The notes under the pieces: model-generated
Told to the model about the DNA's origin: nothing
Databases searched by the model: none
The model's input: the letters and a program-made list of their open reading frames with translations, nothing else
Assembly (NCBI GenBank): GCA_002423545.1
Contig: DIWP01000048.1
Coordinates: 79,176 to 143,175, forward strand
Direction of reading: 5' to 3'
DNA length: 64,000 nt
Origin: Thermoleophilia bacterium UBA6103
GTDB lineage: Bacteria > Actinomycetota > Thermoleophilia > UBA2241
In this document: piece by piece, positions 48,193 to 58,342 of the stretch
Layout: every line of letters begins with the position of its first letter
Numbering within the stretch: position 1 is the stretch's first letter
Program-made: the position numbers and the translations under genes

Positions 48193-49605
48193 TCACACCT
48201 CCTCGGCGGCAGGGGCGGGCAGGGGCAGGGCTCCGGCCGCGTCCCTGGAGACGGTGAGCGTGTCCGGCAGCTCGACGCCGTGGTACTTGCTCTTGAAGAG
48301 GAGGTACGCCACCGGGCCGCTGAGCACGCCGACGCAGCCGCCGACGAAATAGGCCCAGCCGTTGGTGACCAGCGCCACGATGGCGATGCCGAAGAACGGC
48401 ACGAACCAGAGCGCCAGCGCCCAGGTGGGCAGCGGGATCCGGAAGCGCCGATCCAGATCGGGCTCCTTGACACGCAGCACGACCATGGCGGTGAGGATCG
48501 TCATGTACGCGAACATGAGCAGGAAGACGTCGATGACGATCAGGAACTGGAACGATCCGAGGATGAGCACCGAGTTGAGCAGCGCCATGAACAGGATGGA
48601 GCGGTACGGCGTGCCGTACTTCGGGTGCTCTTTCCCGAACCAGCGGAAGAACAGCTTGTCTTTGGACAGGACATAGGCCGGTCGCGAACCGGTCGCCAGG
48701 TACCCGGTGAACAGGCCCAGGTTGCCGGCGATGAGCGCGGCGATCAGCAGGCCGGCGACGGCGCCGCCGCCGACCACCCTGCCCGCCTCGATGAAGTCGA
48801 TCGAGGTGCTGGTGCCCTCGGTGTTCCAGTTGGACCAGTCACCGACCGCTGCATAGCCGGCCGCCGTGGTGAGCACGTAAAAGGCGATGACGAGACCCAT
48901 GTTGATGAGCAGCGCCCGCGGGATGACGTATTGCGGGCGCTCTATCTCACCGGCCAACTGGGACATCGACTCATAGCCGGAGTACATCCACATCGCGACC
49001 GCGAGTCCCAGACCCATGGCGCCCCAGAACGACTCTCCTTCGGCGATGAACGGGCTGAACGGATTCACCTGGGCCTTGGCGAAGCCCAGGATCACCAGCG
49101 TCACGAACGGGACGATGACGATCACCTGGATGACGGTCAGCACCCAGCCGGTGATATCGATGCCGCGGATGTTGACGTACGCGAAGATCAGGATGATGAC
49201 GAAGCCGATGAGCCAGCGTACCCAGCCGGGCATGTCGAACCAGCCGGCCACGTAGTCGAGGGTGAGCGCCACGTACACGGCGGTGTCGACGTAGAGAGAG
49301 AGCTGCCACCACCAGCCGGCCTGGAAGCCCCAGAACTCGCCCATGCCCCGGCGCACCCAGCGGTAGAAGCCGCCCTCCTCCGGCAGGGCGGAGCCGAGCT
49401 CCGCGGACGTGAGCGCCATCGGCAGCGCCCAGAAGAAGGGCAGCACGAGGAGCATCAGCAGCGTGAGCCCGGGGCCCGAGGAGCCGATGATGTCCTCCAT
49501 GCCGAACGACCCCGAGCACGTGAGCGTGAACATGACCGCCACGGCGGTGATCATGCGCATCTTCACGCGCTTGAGGCCGACGGCGGCAGTAGAACCGTTC
49601 GTCAT
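48193..49605 (-). CDS. APC-superfamily amino acid/polyamine/organocation permease
   Basis: About 12 TM segments with an APC-type pattern (SAELGSALPEEGGFY.W). The ATG at 49605 is preceded by GGGGAGG. The ORF is open to 49623. Confidence 0.88.
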   Translation of the reverse strand: MTNGSTAAVGLKRVKMRMITAVAVMFTLTCSGSFGMEDIIGSSGPGLTLLMLLVLPFFWALPMALTSAELGSALPEEGGFYRWVRRGMGEFWGFQAGWWWQLSLYVDTAVYVALTLDYVAGWFDMPGWVRWLIGFVIILIFAYVNIRGIDITGWVLTVIQVIVIVPFVTLVILGFAKAQVNPFSPFIAEGESFWGAMGLGLAVAMWMYSGYESMSQLAGEIERPQYVIPRALLINMGLVIAFYVLTTAAGYAAVGDWSNWNTEGTSTSIDFIEAGRVVGGGAVAGLLIAALIAGNLGLFTGYLATGSRPAYVLSKDKLFFRWFGKEHPKYGTPYRSILFMALLNSVLILGSFQFLIVIDVFLLMFAYMTILTAMVVLRVKEPDLDRRFRIPLPTWALALWFVPFFGIAIVALVTNGWAYFVGGCVGVLSGPVAYLLFKSKYHGVELPDTLTVSRDAAGALPLPAPAAEEV

Positions 49606-49797
49606 AGAGCCTCCCCTCTGCATTTCGAAGACGAAGGACTGTGGGGGTGCGAAAACAGCAGCCCCAGTCGGGGCAAAATGCTACCAATCGTGACAACTTG
49701 TGGCAGCCTCCGCCGCGTCCAGCGTACCGCCTCCCCACGCGCCACAATGTCCTCCCACCCGCGCGGGAGCGGTGGCCAAACAGGAACGTGGCCGGGA

Positions 49798-51228
49798 TCA
49801 GCCAGAGCGCGCCCGCCGGGCCAGCATCTCCAGCTCCCGCTCCACATCGTCGCCGAGTGGCGCCGGCGTATGGGTAGCCAGCAGGTCCTCCGCCTTCTGC
49901 CGAGCCTCCGCGATGATGTCGGGCCGGCCGGCCGTTCCCCAGGCCTCCCACGAGTCGCGGAAGCCGAGCTGCGGCAGGTACCACTCGCCGTCACGGACGT
50001 TGCGTCGCGTGGAGGCCTGGCCGAGGAACGTCCCGCCCGGGCCCACCTTCTCCATCACGTCCGTCAGCCAGCGTCCCTCGTCGGAGGCGACACCGTCCAT
50101 GGCGCGCCGGCAGAGCCGGTAGACCTCGACGTCGATGATGAGCTGCTCCATGTTGTAGACCGTGGCGCCGGCCAGCAGGCCGGGTCCGACGAGGATGTCC
50201 GGCCACGCCAGCGACGCCAGGAGCGACGTGGCCGCCTTCTCGTAGGCCGCCTGCACGCCGGGCACGTACTGGTCGGTGCCGCCGCCGGACGACTCCACCG
50301 GCAGCCGGTACCAGCGCGCCATCTCGGTCGCACCGGCATTGAGGACGGCGCCCTCGATGGCGCCGGCGAAGTAGCGGCCGGTCCGTGGCTCCATGACGGC
50401 GGTCACCGGCGCGTAGATGAACGGCGTGCCCGGCTGCGCCGCCTGGATCAGGCAGAGCGTGCCGAGCGTCTCGGCGTTGGCCGTGACAAGCGTCGCGAGC
50501 AGGCTGCCGGGAGCGGTGGCGCCCATGAGCGGCATCGGCATCACGGCCACCGGGATGTCCCAGCCGCGCAACTCGAGCCAGGCGTCGGTGTGCGGCCCTT
50601 CGACGACGAGCGGTGAGGCCGGCGTGATGAGGAACGAGAACGGATGACGGCGGCGGACCTCGTCGCGACCCCCGAACACCACGTCGAGCACCTCGAGGAG
50701 CGCCTGTGCCGCCGCCGGCGTGTCGAACGAGTCCTGCGCGTGCTTGGTGAACAGGCGGAAGAGGTCGGCGAAGTACTCGAGGTAGTCTGCCGTCTCCATG
50801 CCGGCTTTGCCGACCTCGACCATCGACCAGTAGAGCCCGATGTCGTCGATGGCATCCTGCAGGCGGGTCGAGTCGACCCAGTCGAGGTGCGTCGGCTCGC
50901 GCAGCTCGTCGAGGGCGGTGTGATACACCCTGGTGGCACCGCCGTCGGCGAGCAGTGTGAAGCCGCCGGCGTTCAGCGGCAGCTCCCAGCCCTCCCGCCG
51001 GCCGCCGAGGCTGAAGCTCTTTGGGGCCAGACGCAGCGACTCCTCCAGCATCCGGCGCGGGATCCGCACCCGCCGGCGGCCCTCGTCGACGCCCGCGCCG
51101 GCCTCCTGCATCAGCCGGCGTGCCTCCCGTGAGTCGACGCGCATGCCGATGTCTTCGAGGACCTGCGCGGTGCGCTCGTGCACCTGCTCCCGCTCCGCAT
51201 CGGACAGCACACGCATCTGCGTCAGCAT
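49798..51228 (-). CDS. MttB-superfamily (trimethylamine methyltransferase-like) protein, non-pyrrolysine type
   Basis: COG5598-like N-terminus (LSDAEREQVHERTAQVLEDIGMRV....A..L..EAGA.VD). About 476 aa with no in-frame stop. The ATG at 51228 is preceded by GGAAGG. Confidence 0.85.
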   Translation of the reverse strand: MLTQMRVLSDAEREQVHERTAQVLEDIGMRVDSREARRLMQEAGAGVDEGRRRVRIPRRMLEESLRLAPKSFSLGGRREGWELPLNAGGFTLLADGGATRVYHTALDELREPTHLDWVDSTRLQDAIDDIGLYWSMVEVGKAGMETADYLEYFADLFRLFTKHAQDSFDTPAAAQALLEVLDVVFGGRDEVRRRHPFSFLITPASPLVVEGPHTDAWLELRGWDIPVAVMPMPLMGATAPGSLLATLVTANAETLGTLCLIQAAQPGTPFIYAPVTAVMEPRTGRYFAGAIEGAVLNAGATEMARWYRLPVESSGGGTDQYVPGVQAAYEKAATSLLASLAWPDILVGPGLLAGATVYNMEQLIIDVEVYRLCRRAMDGVASDEGRWLTDVMEKVGPGGTFLGQASTRRNVRDGEWYLPQLGFRDSWEAWGTAGRPDIIAEARQKAEDLLATHTPAPLGDDVERELEMLARRARSG

Positions 51229-51381
51229 GGTGATCACCTTCCGGCGAGGGTCGGGACGCTGCGATTATGCGCCGACCGGCAGGGGCGCCGCCAACCTCGG
51301 CAGCGCCGTTTTGGCCAAGAATCGGCCCCCTGCGACCGCCGGAGCGTCGCCCGGTCACGACGACGGCCCGTCCCCGGGTGT

Positions 51382-52089
51382 TCAGCGCCGGGGCAGATCG
51401 TCGGCGAAGCGCCGCCACAGGTCGCGCCGCCCGGCGACGCCGAGCTTGCGCTGCAGCGCCCGGGCGTGCGCGCGCACGGTCGTGCGGCTGACGACCAGAC
51501 GCTCGGCGACCTCATCGTCGGTGAACCGGGCGAGCACCAGCGCCAGGACGTCGACCTCCCGTACGGTGAGGCCGAACGCCGCCAGCCGCGTCGGCCACGA
51601 CAGGAGCTCGAGCTCGTCCTGCCGCTCACCCGGCCACAGGATGGCTGCGGCGGCGCAGCCGTGCACCAGATGCATCTCGGCCGTCAGACGATCGCGCAGC
51701 GTGTACACGACGGTCTGCCGGGACACCGTCCCTGTGGCCCCGCAGACCGCCGGGTCGGCACCCCCTGTGCCCCGCACGGCCGTCCGCGGCAACGACCGAT
51801 CGACCTTCCCGGAGCGGCACGCGCACTCCGAGCCCGGCGACGGGCGAGGCGCTCTGAGCAGCGGGCAGGCGGCGACCGCCTCGAGTCCGTGGATCCCGAC
51901 CAGCTGCAGGCGCACCGGTCGAACCGTCCCCGACCCGTCGCACGACGGAGCCTGCCCCCAGCTCTCGACGAGCGTCGCGGCGGCCCTCTCCGCACAGCGG
52001 CGGATGAGCGTGTCGGACTCGACCACCTCCGCCGACACGACGCTGTCCGCCGCACGGCTCATCCGCATGGTACTGTTCGATCCACCCAC
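51382..52089 (-). CDS. LuxR/GerE-family transcriptional regulator
   Basis: C-terminal HTH LTVREVDVLALVLARFTDDEVAERLVVSRTTVRAHARALQRKLGV. The N-terminal ~165 aa are unassigned. Start uncertain. Confidence 0.7.
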   Translation of the reverse strand: MGGSNSTMRMSRAADSVVSAEVVESDTLIRRCAERAAATLVESWGQAPSCDGSGTVRPVRLQLVGIHGLEAVAACPLLRAPRPSPGSECACRSGKVDRSLPRTAVRGTGGADPAVCGATGTVSRQTVVYTLRDRLTAEMHLVHGCAAAAILWPGERQDELELLSWPTRLAAFGLTVREVDVLALVLARFTDDEVAERLVVSRTTVRAHARALQRKLGVAGRRDLWRRFADDLPRR

Positions 52090-52114
52090 ATCACGGCGAC
52101 CAAGGGAGGGCGTG

Positions 52115-52471
52115 ATGCCGATAATCGAAGAAGCGATCGTGCTCGACGTACCGGTGGACGTGGCGCTGAGCGAGTGGAACGACTTCGTCTACCGACGCCT
52201 CATCGGCCACTACTCGATCGGCGCCCGTGCCGTGGAGTGGAAGGCGGTCGACGACGCCGAAGAGGCGGGCAACGTCTGGTTCGAGGACGTCGACGGCGAT
52301 CACAGCCGAGTCGTCCTGCGCATCGACTACGATCCCTCCGAGCTCGAGCCGGGCAAGCCCGACCCCGAAGGTACCATGCGGGCCGCCATGGCAGAGGACC
52401 TCAAGAAGTTCAAGACGTTCGCCGAGGACGCCGCCAAGGGCGACGTCTCCGGCGCCGACCGGGCCGTCTGA
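52115..52471 (+). CDS. small acidic hypothetical protein (possibly SRPBCC-like)
   Basis: 118 aa. The ATG is preceded by AAGGGAGGG. Good GC3 bias. The family is only guessed. Confidence 0.5.
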   Translation: MPIIEEAIVLDVPVDVALSEWNDFVYRRLIGHYSIGARAVEWKAVDDAEEAGNVWFEDVDGDHSRVVLRIDYDPSELEPGKPDPEGTMRAAMAEDLKKFKTFAEDAAKGDVSGADRAV

Positions 52472-52603
52472 GGACGGCGGCCGGCGCCTTGCGGCCTCGG
52501 CCGGCTGCACGGAGCGCCGGCTGTCGCTGAACGCTGTCTGGCTCATGCCGGCACGGTAGCCGAGCGCTCGCCCGACGCATAGCAACCAGCGGTGACCATC
52601 TGC

Positions 52604-52636
52604 GAGCCGCGGGGTGACACCTTCACCCCGCGGCTC
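52604..52636 (+). terminator. 14-bp perfect stem hairpin followed by a T-rich tail
   Basis: GAGCCGCGGGGTGA-CACCT-TCACCCCGCGGCTC, then GTTGTCTTGTTG. Confidence 0.55.
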
Positions 52637-52800
52637 GTTGTCTTGTTGCCGCTCACGAGCACAGCGGCAGGCGGCGGCGTGCAGCCGCGTGACCGCAGGC
52701 GGCAGGCAGTCGCCCGCGAACGCCCGGCGTGGGTTTCGACGCCTCCGCGACAGCGATAGTCTGGTGAGAGCACGACCGCGACCGGAGGGAGACACTCGCC

Positions 52801-54630
52801 ATGATCGAACGGCTGGCCACCTTGCCGGCGGTGGGCGACGAGGGTCGCCCGTTCGCCATCTCGCCCGACGGCGCCACGGTCGCGTTCCAGTGGTACCGCG
52901 ACGGCGACTGGCAGATCTACCTCCTCGACCTCTTCGCCGACGCCGAGCCGGTCAGGGCGGCCGCCTTCGACGACGAGTGCACCTGCCCGCTGTTCTCGGC
53001 CGACGGCCGCTACCTCTACTTCTCTCGCGACGACGCCGGCTCCGAGCGTTTCGACGTCTACCGGCTGCCGCTGACCGCCGGCCGGCCGGCCGGCGAGCCG
53101 GAGAACCTCATGCCCGACACCGACAAGCTCTCGCCGCTGCCGGACTTCGATCTCTCGCCGGACGGCCGCACGCTGGCCCTGTCGGTCGATCACGGTGCCA
53201 GCTACGCCGCCGCCCTGCTGCCGGCCGAGCCGTCTCCGGGCGCCGCCGACCTGCGCATCCTGGTGGACCACTACTTCAACGACTGGACGCCGCGCTGGTC
53301 CCCGGACGGCCGCCGCCTTGCCTTCCACACCGACACGCACGGCCAGGACTCGGCCGTCTACATCCACGACGTGGAGACCGGCTCGTGGCAGGTGATCGGC
53401 GGCGAGGCGACGCCGCTGCAGGCCGTGCTGGCCTGGGCCGGGCCGGTCTGGTCGCCGGACGGCCGTCGCCTTGCCTTCCACGGCGGTCCCTTCGATCACG
53501 CCGCCATCGGCATCTACGACATCGCGACGGAGGGCGTCGGCTGGGTCTGGGCCGGCGACGCCGACGCCCACGGCGCCACCTGGTCGCCGGACGGCCGCCA
53601 TGTCGTGTTCCTCCTGGACGAGGGCGTCGAGACGACCCTCTGGTCGGTCGACCTCGTCACCCAGCAGCCACACTGTCTGAGCCACCTGCCGGGCAACCAC
53701 TACGCGCCGGCTTTCCTGCCCGACGGCAGCGCCGTGCTGGTCTGCCACAGCGCCCCCGAGCGGCCTACCGAGCTGCTGCGCGTGCCGCTCGACTCTCAGC
53801 AGGACACCGTCCAGCTCACCGACGGGCTGCCCGACGATCTGGCGGAGTACCCGTTCGTCTCCGGCGAGCTCGTCTGGTTCACCAGCCGCGACCACCTCAC
53901 CGAGGTCCCCGGACTGCTCTGCGAGCCCGACGATCCGAACGGGTCGGCGGTGGTGATGGTCCACGGCGGCCCCACCTGGCATCACTCCAACGAGTGGGAC
54001 GCCCTGCGGCAGGCGTTCCTGGCCGCCGGCGTCACCACTATCAGTCCCAACTTCCGCGGCTCCGACGGCAACGGCCGCGCCTGGCAGCTCGCCAACCGCT
54101 TCATGATGGGCTACGGAGACCTCTGGGACACCGTCGCCGCGCACGACTTTCTCGTCGAGCTCGGCTGCGATCCGACCCGCATCGCCGTCACCGGCCGCAG
54201 CTACGGCGGCTTCATGACCATGGCCTGCCTCACCTACTGCCCCGACCTGTGGGCCTGCGGCGTCGCCGGCGTCCCCTTCTTCGACTGGATCGACGCGCAG
54301 AAGGACCCGGCGATCCGCGACGACCTCGTGTGGTGGGACCGCGAGAACAACGGTGATCCGGAGAAGGACCGCGACCGTTTCGTCGACCGTTCGCCCTACT
54401 ACCATCTGGACCGCATCAGCGCGCCGGTGCTGATCCTCGGCGGCGAGAACGATCCACGCTGTCCGCCGACGCAGATCGCCGAAGTGGTACGGCAGCTCAG
54501 CGAGCGCGGCGTGGAGTGCGACTCGCTCGTCTATCCGGGCGAGGGGCACGGCATCTCGAGCTTCGCCAACCGCCTCGACTACGACACGCGCACCGTCGAG
54601 TTCATCCTCAAACACCTCGGGGTCGGCTGA
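52801..54630 (+). CDS. S9-family serine peptidase (beta-propeller plus alpha/beta-hydrolase)
   Basis: The N-terminal half has recurrent SPDG/WSPDGR propeller blades. The C-terminal half has the GRSYGG nucleophile elbow and a late GEGH. Confidence 0.9.
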   Translation: MIERLATLPAVGDEGRPFAISPDGATVAFQWYRDGDWQIYLLDLFADAEPVRAAAFDDECTCPLFSADGRYLYFSRDDAGSERFDVYRLPLTAGRPAGEPENLMPDTDKLSPLPDFDLSPDGRTLALSVDHGASYAAALLPAEPSPGAADLRILVDHYFNDWTPRWSPDGRRLAFHTDTHGQDSAVYIHDVETGSWQVIGGEATPLQAVLAWAGPVWSPDGRRLAFHGGPFDHAAIGIYDIATEGVGWVWAGDADAHGATWSPDGRHVVFLLDEGVETTLWSVDLVTQQPHCLSHLPGNHYAPAFLPDGSAVLVCHSAPERPTELLRVPLDSQQDTVQLTDGLPDDLAEYPFVSGELVWFTSRDHLTEVPGLLCEPDDPNGSAVVMVHGGPTWHHSNEWDALRQAFLAAGVTTISPNFRGSDGNGRAWQLANRFMMGYGDLWDTVAAHDFLVELGCDPTRIAVTGRSYGGFMTMACLTYCPDLWACGVAGVPFFDWIDAQKDPAIRDDLVWWDRENNGDPEKDRDRFVDRSPYYHLDRISAPVLILGGENDPRCPPTQIAEVVRQLSERGVECDSLVYPGEGHGISSFANRLDYDTRTVEFILKHLGVG

Positions 54631-54764
54631 CCACCGACAGACGGTCCGCACCCTCAGGAAGGGGTGGGCCGGTAGACGCTGTATGGCGTAGACTGAAGGC
54701 GTCCCCCTGCGCGCCCGTGGCGGCGCCGTTCCCGGAGGGACAAGGCGGCCGACCGGGAGAGCGC

Positions 54765-55019
54765 ATGAACGTACGCGTCTATGTAACGCCCAAGCAGGGC
54801 ATCCTCGACCCGCAGGGCGCCACCGTGGAACGCGCCCTGCCGGCGCTCGGCTTTCAGGGCGTCAAAGACGTCCGCATCGGCCGCTTCATCGAGCTCACGC
54901 TCGACATGCCGCAGGGAGCCACGCCGGAGGCAGCGGACGCACTGGTCGACGACATGTGCAAGCGTCTGCTGGCCAACCCGATCATCGAGGACTACACCTA
55001 CGCCATCGATGAGGGCTGA
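54765..55019 (+). CDS. purS: phosphoribosylformylglycinamidine synthase subunit PurS
   Basis: 84 aa: VYVTPKQGILDPQG..VERAL..LGF.GV..VRIG..IEL... Confidence 0.92.
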   Translation: MNVRVYVTPKQGILDPQGATVERALPALGFQGVKDVRIGRFIELTLDMPQGATPEAADALVDDMCKRLLANPIIEDYTYAIDEG

Positions 55020-55022
55020 GCT

Positions 55023-55811
55023 GTGAGCGCCGCCACGGAGCCGGTGCGGTTCGGCCTCGTCGTCTTCCCCGGCTCCAACTGCGACACCGACGCCTTCCAG
55101 GCGGTCGCCACCTTCCCCGGCGCGACCGCCCGCTACCTCTGGCACAAGGACACCGGCTTCGACGACATCGACGCCGTCATCCTGCCCGGCGGCTTCTCCT
55201 ACGGCGACTACCTGCGCTGCGGCGCCATCGCCCGCTTCAGCCCCATCATGGATGCCGTGCGGGGATTCGCCGGCGACGGCGGCCTGGTACTGGGCATCTG
55301 CAACGGCTTCCAGATCCTCGCCGAGGCCGGCCTGCTGCCCGGGGCGCTGATCCGCAACACGTGCCTCACGTTCGTCTGCCGCTACGTGAACCTGCGCGTG
55401 GAGACGACTGCCACGCCGTTCACCTCGGCCTGCACACCGGGCGAGCGACCGCGCATCGTCGTCAAGCACAACGAGGGCAACTACACCGCCGACCCGGAGA
55501 CACTGGCGCGGATGAAAGCGAACGACCAGATCGTGCTGCGCTACGTGGACGCGGCCGGTGAGCCGACCGACGCGGCCAACCCGAACGGCGCCGTGGAGAG
55601 CATCGCCGGCGTCTGCAACGAAGGGCGCAACGTGTTCGGCATGATGCCGCACCCCGAGAACTCCGTCGAGGACGGCCTGGCCGGCGGCACAGACGGCCGC
55701 TGCATCTTCCGGTCGATGATCGACCACGTGCTCGCGGCACGCGCCGCACACGGCGCCGGAGCGGGCGGCGACGCGAGTCGCCCGGCCGCCGCCGCTGGAG
55801 GCGCCCGATGA
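55023..55811 (+). CDS. purQ: phosphoribosylformylglycinamidine synthase glutaminase subunit
   Basis: VVFPGSNCD, LPGGFSYGDYLR, GICNGFQIL and MPHPE. Confidence 0.96.
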   Translation: MSAATEPVRFGLVVFPGSNCDTDAFQAVATFPGATARYLWHKDTGFDDIDAVILPGGFSYGDYLRCGAIARFSPIMDAVRGFAGDGGLVLGICNGFQILAEAGLLPGALIRNTCLTFVCRYVNLRVETTATPFTSACTPGERPRIVVKHNEGNYTADPETLARMKANDQIVLRYVDAAGEPTDAANPNGAVESIAGVCNEGRNVFGMMPHPENSVEDGLAGGTDGRCIFRSMIDHVLAARAAHGAGAGGDASRPAAAAGGAR

Positions 55812-58222
55812 GCGCCGACCAGAGCGGCCGCGCCGGCACGCCGGGCATCCGCCTGCACGCTACGCTTGCCGACGCCGTCAAGCTCGGCCTCACCGAAGAC
55901 GAGTGGCACAAGCTCTGCGAGATCCAGGGCGGCGAGCCGACGTATCCCGAGCTCGCCATCTACTCGCTCATGTGGAGCGAGCACTGCAGCTACAAACACT
56001 CGCGACCGATCCTGGGGCGCTTCCCCACCAGCGGGCCGCGCATCCTGCAGGGCCCGGGCGAGAACGCCGGCGTCATCGACATCGGCGAGGGCTGGGCCGT
56101 GGCCATGAAGGTCGAAAGCCACAACCACCCCAGCGCCGTGGAGCCGTTCCAGGGCGCCGCCACCGGCGTCGGCGGCATCATCAGGGACATCTTCACGATG
56201 GGCGCCCGACCCATCGCCAGCCTCGACAGCCTGCGCTTCGGCGAGATCGAGGGCGAGGAGAACGCGCGCCAGCGCTACCTCTTCGAGCACGTCGTCGGCG
56301 GCATCGGCTTCTACGGCAATTGCATCGGCATCCCCACCATCGCCGGCGAGGTCTACTTCGAAGACAGCTACGCCGGCAACTGCCTGGTCAACGCCATGTG
56401 CGCCGGCCTGGTGCGGACAGACAAGATCGTGCGCGCCAAGGCGGCCGGCATCGGCAACCTGGTGGTGCTCATCGGCGCCAAGACGGGGCGCGACGGCATC
56501 GGCGGCGCCAGCGTGCTCGCCAGCCAGGAGTTCGATGAGACGCTGGAGGAGAAGCGCCCCAGCGTCCAGGTCGGCGACCCGTTCACGGAGAAGAAACTGA
56601 TCGAGGCCTGCCTCGAGCTGCTCGACGGCAAGCTGGTCGTGAGCATGCAGGACCTCGGCGCCGCCGGCCTCACCAGCTCCTCCAGCGAGATGGCCAGCAA
56701 GGGCTTCGTGGGTCTGGACATCCACGCCGACCGCGTGCCGCTGCGCGAAGCGGACATGGAGCCGTGGGAGATCATGATCAGCGAGAGCCAGGAGCGCATG
56801 CTGAGCATCGTGGAGCCGGCGCGGCTCGACGACGTGATCGAGGTCTGCACGCGTTGGGACCTCGACGCCACGGTCATCGGCGAGGTCACCGACACGAAGC
56901 TGCTGCGCATCCTCTGGCACGGCGAGCAGGTCGGCGCCATCCCGGCGCGGCGGCTGGCCGACGAGTCGCCGGTGATCCGCACGCCATCGGTGAAGCCGGC
57001 GTATCTGGCCGACGAGCCGGTCGACCCGGAGGCGGTGGCGGCCGGCGATGACACGTTCGGCCTCCCCGCCGGCACCCCGGTCTACCCGGCTCCGGCGGCC
57101 GGCGACGAGGGCCTCGGGGCGGCGCTGCTGGAGCTGCTCGCCGCCCCGAACATCGCCTCCAAGCGCTGGGCCTACGAGCAGTACGACTACATCGTGCAGG
57201 CCAACACGGTGCAGATACCGGGCAGCGACGCCGCCGTGCTGCGCGTCAAGGACACGCCGCTCGGCATCGCCTTCGCCACCGACTGCAACGGCCGTCACTG
57301 CTACCTCGACCCGCTGCGCGGCGCCAGGGCGGCGGTCGCCGAGGCGGCCCGCAACCTGAGCTGCGTCGGCGCCCTGCCGCTGGCCGTCACCGACTGCCTC
57401 AACTTCGGCAACCCCGAGAAGGGCGAGATGTACTGGACCTTCGAGCAGGCGGTCGAGGGCATGGCGCAGGCCTGCGAGGCACTCGAGACGCCGGTCGTCT
57501 CCGGCAACGTGAGCTTCTACAACGAGAGCTTCGGCAACGCGATCTATCCGACGCCGGTGGTGGGCATGCTGGGCCTGCTCGACGACGTCTCACTGACCGC
57601 CGACCACCGCTTCAAGGACGAGGGCGACGTCATCCTGCTGCTCGGCCCCGACACGGCGGCGCTGGACGGCTCCGAGTACCAGAAGGTCCACTTCGGGCGC
57701 GTCGAGGGCCGCATCCCCGACGTCGACCTCGACCTCGAGAAGCGGCTGCAGGCCGCCGTCCGCGACGGCGTGCGGCGCGGCTTGCTCACGAGCGCCCACG
57801 ACTGCGCCGAAGGCGGCCTGGCCGTGGCCCTCGCCGAGTGCGCCATCGGCAGCGGCGCCACCGGCGGGCTGCGCACCGACGACCCCGACACCGCCGTGCC
57901 GCGCTTCCTGGGCGCCGAGGTCGAGCTGCCGGCCGCCTCGTCCGGCTCCGCGGCCACGGAGGGTGATGCGGCCGCGCCGTCCGCCGCCGCCGGCCGCACG
58001 GACATCGCCCTCTTCGGCGAAGGCCCGTCGCGGGTGATCGTCACGCTGGCCGAGACCGACCTCGACGCCTTCCTGACGCTGCTCGACGGCGTGCCCTGGG
58101 CCAACATCGGGCGCGTGACAGGCGAGCGGCTCGCGGTTACCATCGGGGGCATCGAGGCGTTCCGCCTGCCGGTGCGACGCCTCTGCGAAGCCTACGAGTC
58201 GCTGCCCCAGCGCCTGCACTGA
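55808..58222 (+). CDS. purL: phosphoribosylformylglycinamidine synthase subunit PurL
   Basis: WSEHCSYKHS, ESHNHPS and GGIIRD. Its ATG overlaps the purQ stop (ATGA). Confidence 0.97.
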   Translation: MSADQSGRAGTPGIRLHATLADAVKLGLTEDEWHKLCEIQGGEPTYPELAIYSLMWSEHCSYKHSRPILGRFPTSGPRILQGPGENAGVIDIGEGWAVAMKVESHNHPSAVEPFQGAATGVGGIIRDIFTMGARPIASLDSLRFGEIEGEENARQRYLFEHVVGGIGFYGNCIGIPTIAGEVYFEDSYAGNCLVNAMCAGLVRTDKIVRAKAAGIGNLVVLIGAKTGRDGIGGASVLASQEFDETLEEKRPSVQVGDPFTEKKLIEACLELLDGKLVVSMQDLGAAGLTSSSSEMASKGFVGLDIHADRVPLREADMEPWEIMISESQERMLSIVEPARLDDVIEVCTRWDLDATVIGEVTDTKLLRILWHGEQVGAIPARRLADESPVIRTPSVKPAYLADEPVDPEAVAAGDDTFGLPAGTPVYPAPAAGDEGLGAALLELLAAPNIASKRWAYEQYDYIVQANTVQIPGSDAAVLRVKDTPLGIAFATDCNGRHCYLDPLRGARAAVAEAARNLSCVGALPLAVTDCLNFGNPEKGEMYWTFEQAVEGMAQACEALETPVVSGNVSFYNESFGNAIYPTPVVGMLGLLDDVSLTADHRFKDEGDVILLLGPDTAALDGSEYQKVHFGRVEGRIPDVDLDLEKRLQAAVRDGVRRGLLTSAHDCAEGGLAVALAECAIGSGATGGLRTDDPDTAVPRFLGAEVELPAASSGSAATEGDAAAPSAAAGRTDIALFGEGPSRVIVTLAETDLDAFLTLLDGVPWANIGRVTGERLAVTIGGIEAFRLPVRRLCEAYESLPQRLH

Positions 58223-58342
58223 CAGCACCGAAAGCCTCCAAAGGACCGTGGTGACACAGCTCCGGTATCGATCGTCGAGCGCGATGACCGCAGATCCTCC
58301 ACCGCCCGGCGCCACGACCGTACCCGTCCACACGGAAAGCGC

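Noticed and set aside
49798-51228. A possible pyrrolysine-containing MttB.
   Set aside because: The frame is uninterrupted, with no in-frame TAG. No pyl genes are seen. It is a non-Pyl family member.
54631-54764. Faint resemblance to the ZTP (pfl) riboswitch upstream of purS: GACTGAAGGCG versus GACUGGCG, and GGCCGACCGGGAG versus GGCCGCCUGGGC.
   Set aside because: Both conserved blocks carry insertions or mismatches, and I could not draw the P1/P2/pseudoknot pairing. This is likely chance in GC-rich sequence. A cmsearch with RF01750 would be decisive.
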